Below, one piece after another: positions 56,196-64,000 of a DNA stretch of 64,000 nt. Source of the stretch: an uncultured virus (IMG/VR IMGVR_UViG_3300031975_000839) (taxonomy: Duplodnaviria > Heunggongvirae > Uroviricota > Caudoviricetes); IMG/VR virus record IMGVR_UViG_3300031975_000839; one strand, written 5' to 3'. Made by a program: the position numbers and the translations under genes. The notes beneath the pieces are model-generated. The model was given only the letters and a program-made list of their open reading frames with translations, was not told the DNA's origin and did no database searches. Positions within the stretch are counted from its first letter, which is position 1, and each line of letters begins with the position of its first letter.

Positions 56196-59100
56196 TTATA
56201 CTGTTATTCCTGTTGCACCCTCTAAATCAAAATTATCTCCAGCATTTGATGATGTGCTGTCTGTTCCGTTTAATACTAAATAACCATGAGAAGTTACACC
56301 ATCTATATTGTTTATAGTTTCGTCCTCTAACGCAATATCACCAGTTGTCCTCACAACAATTTCTGATGCTTGAACTATTGGTTGAGCCCCTACTGGATTT
56401 ACACTACTATTTAGTGTCCAATTCTCAATAGGTATCTGTCCTTCTGAAATAATTAAATTTGTTGACTCAAGTAATAATTCTGATGCAGTATCATTTCGTA
56501 ATGAATCTTCTAGTAACACTTTATCGCCTGCATTAGGAATTGGATCATCAATACCCGTTCCGTTTAATATAATTACATCATCACCACTTGTTCCTTGTAT
56601 TTCTAGTTTAATACCAGAATCATCTGTAAGATCTTCTTGTGATTCTAAATTAAGAAGTGAACTGTTTTCACCCTCTAAAAGTATTCTTTCAACAACTGAA
56701 TTAGAAGAATATTCTTCTTCAATTAAACTTCCAGATAGTTCTAAAGTAAACCTATTTCTTTTTGTAGTTTCTTGCAACAAATGATTACCAGCATTTGATG
56801 ATGTACTGTCTGTTCCATCTAAAATAAGTTGTCCAAAATCCTCAAGAAGAACTCCAGTATTTTCAATTGCATTTGCATTATTTTGCTCTACTGATTTACT
56901 AAGATTATCATTAATAATAATTTTACTCTTATTAAGAATATCGTTAAAAGTTAAACTATTTACATCACTGAGTTTAACTGAAGTGTCATCATGGTCATCT
57001 TCTAATAATATTTTTTCATGCTCATTTATATAATACCCAACTGGAAATGCCCATGTATCTGATTCAGCCATGAGAACAGAATCATCACCACCTTGCTCTA
57101 ATAGTATTCTATCTTTTAAGCCTCTTGTTACAAAAGTAGAATCCTCTTGTAATATTCTACTACCATCTTCCATTAAAATATTACCGCCATCATCTGTACC
57201 AGATCCATCTGTTGCATTTAATACAACATGGTCTCTATCCTCATCACCCTCAAGTAATATTGGAACATTAGGGTCATTAAATGGAAGTGTTCCATCTATG
57301 ACTAAGTTACCAGACTCAAAAGAACCCTCAGTTGAGTTTTCTAATTGTAGTGCAGATTGCCCACTTCCAAAAGGATTTTGTGCAAGTTGTAGTAAAAGAT
57401 TTCTTGCAGCTCTAACTGTAGGCCTTGTAGATATATCTACCTTTGTTCTTTTAACTAAAACTCTCTCTGCTTTACCACTCGGTGCATGAGAAGTTTCTGC
57501 CATGAGCCTACCACCACCATCATCATTGGTATCTCTTTCTGGATTACCCTCAAATAAAATATTGTCTCCAGCATTACTTGATGAAATATCTGTTCCATCA
57601 AGAATAATCGTATCATCTCTATCACCTCTATCACCATCTGGTGCAACTTCTAGTCTACTTTTAATAACTTGGTCAAATATAGTTTCAAATGTAGATGCAA
57701 GTATTGGTGAGAATCTATCATCACCAGTAAATCCTGATAATGTGGCACCAGCATTTGTTACTGCAACTGATATTGCAGATGCAATTGACACTTTACCAAA
57801 TGGTCTAAATCCAGCTGGGTGAACTGCTTTCTTGAGTTCATTTACATAAGTTCCAAATGCTTCACCAACTTGAACCTCATATGAATAATCTTGATAGTAA
57901 TAAGAGTCTTGAACACGAATTAAATCTTCACCTATTAAACTTTTTATACCACTATAAGAACCCTCAGAAGTTGATGTTTGTCCTATTTGACTTGATGCAG
58001 TTGCAATGTCTGCTTTGATGATTGTTCCTGTTGCACCAGTGTTGTCAGTTATAACAACATTATCTTTACTAAAATCTATTGCATCTTCATTAATAATATT
58101 GTCACCAGCATCACTTGATGAACTATCAGTTCCATCAAGAAGTATATCTCCAGTTCCAGTTTCATCTTCTCCTAGTAAATTACTATTTGCATCAGTAGAG
58201 TCTGAATCAGTTCCATTTAAAATTAATCTGTTTCCAGCTTCTTCTATTGCAACAACTTCACCAGCTGCTGTTCCGTCAGAATCAATTCCATCAAGGAGTA
58301 AAAATTGCCCTGATAAATTTTCTTGATACCTATCTAATTTAATTACACCTACTCCTGACTCTGGTGCAATAAAACTTGAATCACTAACTTCTAAAATAAA
58401 TCTATCACCAGTATCAGAAAAACCAGTAAGTGTAACTCTTGGTTCATTTTCCTCCATGACTAAAATGGAATCTTGTCCATCATTAGAACCAACTTCTAAT
58501 AAAATATTATCATTTTGGTCAACACCACCAGATGCAGTTTGATTAAATCCTATTCTTGATTCTCTTGTGACTGCAAGACTTTCTTGCATTAAGAAACCAA
58601 GTCCTGTATCAGTTCCGTCCTCTAATAAAAGTCCACGAATAGCAGTTTGACTTGCATCTAATAAAACATTTTCACTCTCATCTTCTATGGTGGTTTGTGG
58701 ATCTGGTGTATATGCAAGTCCACCCATACCAGAGTGATTTACACAATAATAATATAAGTCTGGAGCTCCAGATGCAACAACTATTTGAATATATGCACCT
58801 GTTGTTCCAATATCAATATAAGATGCAGAAGTTGTAACACCATCAGTATATTCAGATCCACCACCATGTGTTCCGTTTGGTGTTATTGAAAATTTAAGTT
58901 GATGATTTTTAGATGATACTGCGTTGTACAACGAACTATCTGATAAGTCAAAGTAATAAGTGTTACCCTCTGTTAATCTAAGTGTTGGTTGTGGAACACT
59001 ATCAATTGCAAAAATGTTAGCAGTGTCTGATGCATTTCTAACAACAGTAACTTTTTTAGTAATTGTTCTTGTGGATGGTGTTGTAATTGATGTTCCATCT

Positions 59101-61259
59101 AATAAAACATCTTCACCATCATCAAAGTCTTGTGTGTCCTCTAATAAAATACCACCAGCAATATCACCAGTATTTGTTCCAACCTCTAAATCTATACCCT
59201 CATTAAAAGTTGCAGTTGATTCTTGCTCAACACGAATTACATTTTCAAATTCTGTATCAAGAACATTTGTATTTGAATCAAAACTTTTAACTGTTCCCAC
59301 ATGAGATGTAAGAGTATTTCCATTTGTAAAAGTTCCAGATACATCTTTAAGAACAAAGTGAGCTCTAGGCACAACTGTGGGTGCATTATTAGTAAAATTA
59401 AAACCAGAATCACTTACTTTTAAAGATTTTATCCCACCAATATCACTCGTTGTTGCGAGAACTGATGCACCAGTTCCAGATGTAGTTGTAATAGTGACTG
59501 TTGGTAATTTTGTATATCCATCACCACCATTTGCAACATGAACTTTTTGTATAGCACCAGCCTCTGCTGTGCTAAATGTGTCAGACTCTAAAACAATTTG
59601 ATCTGTTTCTGTTGTGTGAGTATCCTCTGTTTCAAAAACAGTATCAGTAAGAATTTGGTGATTTGCATTTGCACCAAGTCCATCTGTTCCATCTAAAATT
59701 AAATTATTAAGAACATTACCACGAACATATATTTTTGCACCATCTGCTGGTGCAGTGGTAAATGTTAAAGTTGTTCCACTTGCAGTCCAATTAGTTGGTG
59801 AAGTTAAAGTATCATCTGTTTCTGGAAAATTAACATCATCAATGGTAACAATTATTGTATCTGTTGTTGTATTTAAATTTGTTAAAGTAAATACTGTTGT
59901 TGTTCCATCACCAATAAAATTATCATCTAATATATTTTCTAATTGAATATTAAATGATTCTAAATGTGTTTGAGTTCCACTTTCTAAAATTATACTATCA
60001 GATGTAAATGTAGGATCATCAAGTGTTCCTGATTCTAATTGAATACCACCACCAACCATACTGACAAAACCAGATGCAGACTCAACTAAATTATCTGATG
60101 TGGATTCAGTAAATGTTAAAGTATCACCAACCTCATAACTTGTTCCAGCGTCATCAACTTTAACTTCACTTACTGAGCCACTATGAATTTCACTTACAAG
60201 AACATCACCAAATCCATTTCCTAAACTTTCAACAACTGTTGGCTCATTCACACTATGAAGAATACCATCATTACCAACACTTGCAGATGAAATAATTGAT
60301 GAAATTGTAAACTTAACATTTAAATCTCTAGTAGAGGATAAACCACTTACAATTTCACCTTTAGAAAATGTTCCTGATACATTTTCAATTGTAAATTCTG
60401 TTATTGATTCAGTTCCTTGTTGAAACGATAAAGAGGAAACAACAGTTGCAGTTGCACCAGATGTTGCACCAGTAATAACTGCATCAATAACTTCAGCGCC
60501 AGATACTCCTGATGTATTAGGAGTGACACGCATAGTTGTTGTTCTTCCCCAATTACCATCTGAAGTTCTTAAAACATTTTCCGTTGGATAAAATATTTCT
60601 GGCTGCTCTCCTACGAACAATCTCATAAACAGTTTATGACCCTCTGATGTTCCTTTAGCTGCATAGAGGTCTTTAATACTTTTTATGAGATTCCTCTTTG
60701 ATACTCCTGATGCAAGAGTGTTTGGTATTGCGTTCATAAATGAGTTACGGAACTCATCTAAGAAATCATAGATTGTATTATCTGTGTTTGCGTATTCTAA
60801 TAACTGCTGAATGTTTTGAACTGGATTTGCACGATACTGCTTTATTGCTCCAGTTGCACCAGATGTTGCACCAGTAATTGTTTCACCAGTAATAAATTTT
60901 TGCTGAGAGCTAATGTAAAGATAATTGTTTCTTAAATCTTGTAGTAATACTGTTGCAGTTGCACCAGATGTTGCACCAGTAACAGTTTCATTTTCAACAA
61001 AGTTTGAAGTAGAGCCTGCACCAGATTCAGTAACAACTCTGTCACCATCTGCATTTAAAATATAATTTGTTGTTGTAGTTTCTTGTATGATATAATCTAT
61101 GTCTGGAGTATCTAAAGTTATTCTTCCAGCTTCAAGGTATTGATAATAGTGCTTAAGAAAACGAACAAAAACAGGGTGGTCTGATTGAACAAAATCAGGA
61201 ACTTGGCCTTCTATTAAAGGTGAAACTTTTGTAACTAATTTAGAATCGTTTTTACTCAT
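56196..61259 (-). CDS. gp7: Baseplate wedge initiator (gp7-like) with many acidic repeats
   Basis: Q.PDFV...F.RFLK.YY.YLE, KDLY.AKGT, QDSYYYQDYSY, VHPAGF; lies between gp6 and gp8. Confidence 0.75.
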   Translation of the reverse strand: MSKNDSKLVTKVSPLIEGQVPDFVQSDHPVFVRFLKHYYQYLEAGRITLDTPDIDYIIQETTTTNYILNADGDRVVTESGAGSTSNFVENETVTGATSGATATVLLQDLRNNYLYISSQQKFITGETITGATSGATGAIKQYRANPVQNIQQLLEYANTDNTIYDFLDEFRNSFMNAIPNTLASGVSKRNLIKSIKDLYAAKGTSEGHKLFMRLFVGEQPEIFYPTENVLRTSDGNWGRTTTMRVTPNTSGVSGAEVIDAVITGATSGATATVVSSLSFQQGTESITEFTIENVSGTFSKGEIVSGLSSTRDLNVKFTISSIISSASVGNDGILHSVNEPTVVESLGNGFGDVLVSEIHSGSVSEVKVDDAGTSYEVGDTLTFTESTSDNLVESASGFVSMVGGGIQLESGTLDDPTFTSDSIILESGTQTHLESFNIQLENILDDNFIGDGTTTVFTLTNLNTTTDTIIVTIDDVNFPETDDTLTSPTNWTASGTTLTFTTAPADGAKIYVRGNVLNNLILDGTDGLGANANHQILTDTVFETEDTHTTETDQIVLESDTFSTAEAGAIQKVHVANGGDGYTKLPTVTITTTSGTGASVLATTSDIGGIKSLKVSDSGFNFTNNAPTVVPRAHFVLKDVSGTFTNGNTLTSHVGTVKSFDSNTNVLDTEFENVIRVEQESTATFNEGIDLEVGTNTGDIAGGILLEDTQDFDDGEDVLLDGTSITTPSTRTITKKVTVVRNASDTANIFAIDSVPQPTLRLTEGNTYYFDLSDSSLYNAVSSKNHQLKFSITPNGTHGGGSEYTDGVTTSASYIDIGTTGAYIQIVVASGAPDLYYYCVNHSGMGGLAYTPDPQTTIEDESENVLLDASQTAIRGLLLEDGTDTGLGFLMQESLAVTRESRIGFNQTASGGVDQNDNILLEVGSNDGQDSILVMEENEPRVTLTGFSDTGDRFILEVSDSSFIAPESGVGVIKLDRYQENLSGQFLLLDGIDSDGTAAGEVVAIEEAGNRLILNGTDSDSTDANSNLLGEDETGTGDILLDGTDSSSSDAGDNIINEDAIDFSKDNVVITDNTGATGTIIKADIATASSQIGQTSTSEGSYSGIKSLIGEDLIRVQDSYYYQDYSYEVQVGEAFGTYVNELKKAVHPAGFRPFGKVSIASAISVAVTNAGATLSGFTGDDRFSPILASTFETIFDQVIKSRLEVAPDGDRGDRDDTIILDGTDISSSNAGDNILFEGNPERDTNDDGGGRLMAETSHAPSGKAERVLVKRTKVDISTRPTVRAARNLLLQLAQNPFGSGQSALQLENSTEGSFESGNLVIDGTLPFNDPNVPILLEGDEDRDHVVLNATDGSGTDDGGNILMEDGSRILQEDSTFVTRGLKDRILLEQGGDDSVLMAESDTWAFPVGYYINEHEKILLEDDHDDTSVKLSDVNSLTFNDILNKSKIIINDNLSKSVEQNNANAIENTGVLLEDFGQLILDGTDSTSSNAGNHLLQETTKRNRFTLELSGSLIEEEYSSNSVVERILLEGENSSLLNLESQEDLTDDSGIKLEIQGTSGDDVIILNGTGIDDPIPNAGDKVLLEDSLRNDTASELLLESTNLIISEGQIPIENWTLNSSVNPVGAQPIVQASEIVVRTTGDIALEDETINNIDGVTSHGYLVLNGTDSTSSNAGDNFDLEGATGITV

Positions 61260-61265
61260 ATCTTA

Positions 61266-61556
61266 TTAACCAGAAAATACATTACCAGAGCCTTGTGCAA
61301 CTTTACTACCACACGCAACTGGATCTCCTATTCTTCCTAATTGTAAATTATTTGCAAATACAGTTGATGAGCCAGACTCAAGAGTTGATGAGTGACTTGT
61401 TCCATCATTTATACAAACATGAACTCCCCAAGTGTCTGTTGCTCTATGAACTCCAATATTATTTGCAAATACAGTTGTGCTTCCACTAGTGTTGACTCTA
61501 GGTGGAAAACACCCATGCCCAGTTCCTAAATCTCCAATCCTAGTAACCGCCGGCAT
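61266..61556 (-). CDS. PAAR-repeat spike tip protein (gp5.4-like)
   Basis: MPAVTRIGD..TGHGCFPP...GS.TVFAN...RIGD.V.CGS. Confidence 0.85.
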   Translation of the reverse strand: MPAVTRIGDLGTGHGCFPPRVNTSGSTTVFANNIGVHRATDTWGVHVCINDGTSHSSTLESGSSTVFANNLQLGRIGDPVACGSKVAQGSGNVFSG

Positions 61557-62898
61557 CTTCACTCTCCTCTGTTTCTGTAGTTGTTTGCTGTAAACTACTA
61601 GTTCTTATACCATCTTTATAATCAGACGAGTTAAAGTAATCACTTATAAATGTTCCTGTCTTTGAATAGTCTTGTGTGTTTGTAAGATATCCTACTTGCC
61701 CACTAGTAAAACCAGTTACAGTACCAATTCCATTTTTTTCATAGTCTTGTAGACTAGTAAATAATTTATCTGTGCGATAAGGAGTAGCGCCTGTTAAACC
61801 CACACTGTATCTATAATCACTACCGCCTAACTCAAATGCTCTTTGAAACTCTGGCCAATGCTGTCTAGCTTGTATTCTAATTGGAAGAAGAACTTGTTGA
61901 GTAGCATCTGGTTTTATTTCATATACCTCTTGTCCTTGTGGTATTCCAGATAATACACCACTGTAATTAACTTGATTACCACCCAAAGATATGTTTGGTG
62001 TAGATAAATCAGATTCTCCAACAGGAACATATTTTGCAGTTACATCAGAAAATAATTCATCATGTGTATAATATCCAGATATAGTTGCTTTTGCTGAGAA
62101 AATAACATCACCAGTTACATTTAATGCATTATCAATAATACTATTGTATTGAGTATTTTTAGAAACAAAGTCAGCATCACCAGTTCTATCATATCCATTA
62201 AAATAACTTACATAATCTCCTAAATTTTGAAAAGTTCTACTACTTCTTCCTCTAGGAAGTCTGTCTGCATCTATAATTTGTTCAAAAGTACCATCTTTTC
62301 TAGGGTCATTTCTAAACATCCAAAAAGGATAAATTCTATTATCACCTTGTGATGAAGTATATGATGTGTCTAAAATAAAGTCGTCAACAGTCCAATCATC
62401 TTTAAATGCAAAACTGTTGTAAGGTTCAATTCCAGAAGTACCATTAAAATAAACTAATGGATCGGTTGCTGATGGAAATGGTGGAATTACTCTTTCATCT
62501 ACATAGATACTATTTGTTACTGTAATATTTTTTCCTTTAATTAAAGGGTCTAGCATTAAATAAAATATGTGCTGACCTACATTAAAATCACCACCAAGTG
62601 GTATAGTTGTTGGATCAACTTGATACATCCAAAGTGTGTATGTAAATTCAACCTCTGGAAATATTTGAACAGTATCCACAAAACTATCAGTATCTAGTAA
62701 ATTCTGATATGCACTTGGTTCATATCTTTGACTAAATCTATCACCACTTAAAATATTTGTTATTTGGTCAGTAGTAAATTTTCTTGAAACAGTGCTGAGA
62801 TTAGTTACAGGAATCATAGGATCAGTTCCAGATTCTGGAGCTTCACTTCCTGTGCTCCAAAGAAAATTTGCAGCATAATCAACAGCAACTACTGTCAT
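61540..62898 (-). CDS. Hypothetical protein in the baseplate module
   Basis: 452-aa ORF overlapping the PAAR start; no recognisable motifs. Confidence 0.5.
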   Translation of the reverse strand: MTVVAVDYAANFLWSTGSEAPESGTDPMIPVTNLSTVSRKFTTDQITNILSGDRFSQRYEPSAYQNLLDTDSFVDTVQIFPEVEFTYTLWMYQVDPTTIPLGGDFNVGQHIFYLMLDPLIKGKNITVTNSIYVDERVIPPFPSATDPLVYFNGTSGIEPYNSFAFKDDWTVDDFILDTSYTSSQGDNRIYPFWMFRNDPRKDGTFEQIIDADRLPRGRSSRTFQNLGDYVSYFNGYDRTGDADFVSKNTQYNSIIDNALNVTGDVIFSAKATISGYYTHDELFSDVTAKYVPVGESDLSTPNISLGGNQVNYSGVLSGIPQGQEVYEIKPDATQQVLLPIRIQARQHWPEFQRAFELGGSDYRYSVGLTGATPYRTDKLFTSLQDYEKNGIGTVTGFTSGQVGYLTNTQDYSKTGTFISDYFNSSDYKDGIRTSSLQQTTTETEESEDAGGY

Positions 62899-62943
62899 AA
62901 TACTTTCCAGTTATAATGCTTAGAATTATTTCGTATCCACATA

Positions 62944-64000
62944 TTAGTAACTTGATGATGTTGGAGTTGAAGATGGTGTTGATACAGTTGTAGTTGTTAC
63001 TGTTCCACCACTTGTAACTGTTGTTGTATATCCTGTTCCAGTTGTTGTTGTTTGGTCAACTGAGCCAACAATAGTTGTATTTGTTAAATCTATTTCTAGT
63101 ATTTGATTACGAACTGGAACAACATCATTTGAATTTGGTATCGCAGTAATTCTTATTGATACTGATGTTTCATCATCAACATTTGATATTGCAGTAATTG
63201 TAAGTGGATTGATTGTAACAGTTCCTTTTGTGTAATCAATTGTGCCTGCAGCTGAATCAAAATAAACTCTTGCACCAGCAACCACAGAATAAATTCTAAG
63301 GTTGCCTGCACCATCATCATCAAAGAAATACTCAGTCGCTCCACCAAGAAAAAATCCTGTTGATGCAATAATACCACCAGCAGCTGCATTGTGTCCTGAG
63401 TGTGGATTAAAAAGTGCGTTTGCAAAGTTTACAATGAAAGATTGCTTAGTTGATAAAGTAGGTGTAATAAATTTACCAAGTGTAACTGTTACAGTATTGT
63501 TTAATATTGCAGTATCAGTATCATCAATCTGTCCAGTAAGTTTTGAGTGCCTAAATGGGTTGTCAAAGTTTTTTAAATCTGTATCGTTATATGCAGATAT
63601 TGTATCACTAATCAAAGACTCTAATCCACCTTTTGTTTGTGTGGTAGAATTTGAGTCATATGCAAATGAAACATTTAAAATTAAAAATGTAGTTTCTGCA
63701 TCAACAATAACTGGTGTAACAGATGATACTTTAAATTTTTTTAAGTCTGTAACTAGTTGAGTTTTCTGTGCATCTGATAAATTTAATCCTGTTGTAGACT
63801 TAACTGATATAAAAACTTTACCATATTCTGGTGTATCACTTACGCCTGTACTAGTGTCATAACTTCCATCTTCTCCACCCCATACTGAAACAGCTTGAGT
63901 GTTTGCAAAAAGTTTCTTTATATAAACTTTGTAATCTTCTGTTGTAACTGCACGGCCTTGAGATGCGTAATCAAGTGGTGCGTTAAGTTTGATTGAAGTT
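62944..64000 (-). CDS. gp6: Baseplate wedge subunit (3' part; start lies outside the window)
   Basis: APLDYASQGRAVT.EDYK...WGGED...YGKVFIS...GTIDY.KG. Confidence 0.88.
   Translation of the reverse strand, partial: TSIKLNAPLDYASQGRAVTTEDYKVYIKKLFANTQAVSVWGGEDGSYDTSTGVSDTPEYGKVFISVKSTTGLNLSDAQKTQLVTDLKKFKVSSVTPVIVDAETTFLILNVSFAYDSNSTTQTKGGLESLISDTISAYNDTDLKNFDNPFRHSKLTGQIDDTDTAILNNTVTVTLGKFITPTLSTKQSFIVNFANALFNPHSGHNAAAGGIIASTGFFLGGATEYFFDDDGAGNLRIYSVVAGARVYFDSAAGTIDYTKGTVTINPLTITAISNVDDETSVSIRITAIPNSNDVVPVRNQILEIDLTNTTIVGSVDQTTTTGTGYTTTVTSGGTVTTTTVSTPSSTPTSSSY

Noticed and set aside
1742..63760. Numerous short plus-strand and alternate-frame ORFs in the ORF track
   Set aside because: They overlap well-supported minus-strand genes, lack RBS and motifs, and read as antisense shadows
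1..64000. tRNA, rRNA or CRISPR loci
   Set aside because: Intergenic gaps are short and I saw no cloverleaf or repeat-spacer pattern; a covariance-model scan was not possible

Overview
A 64-kb segment of an AT-rich, T4-like (Tevenvirinae-like) myophage genome resembling marine heterotroph or cyanophage T4-likes. Nearly all genes are on the minus strand. Reading in the direction of transcription (right to left), the window holds the baseplate genes (gp6 partial, PAAR, gp7-like, gp8), a 2444-aa VrlC/DUF4815-like virion protein with two back-to-back Hint domains, tail-fibre/chaperone cassettes, neck and tail genes gp13-gp19, terminase gp16/gp17, head genes gp20-gp23, gp3, uvsY, uvsW, gp55, gp47/gp46, accessory genes (peptide deformylase, CobS/CobT-like pair, Hsp20), gp45 and gp41. 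Highlights: (1) a 23-aa PqqA precursor gene missed by the ORF track; (2) a TET/JBP dioxygenase, a Mom-like enzyme and an amino-methyltransferase that share a C-terminal clamp-binding-like motif with gp55; (3) a window-wide signature in which the CCWGG, GGNCC and CCGG sites found by eye all overlap a GpC, suggesting GpC cytosine modification; (4) tandem non-canonical Hint domains; (5) a ROSE-like RNA thermometer before hsp20; (6) twelve 2OG-Fe(II) oxygenase-fold genes. All calls come from visual motif recognition and gene order, with no database searches.
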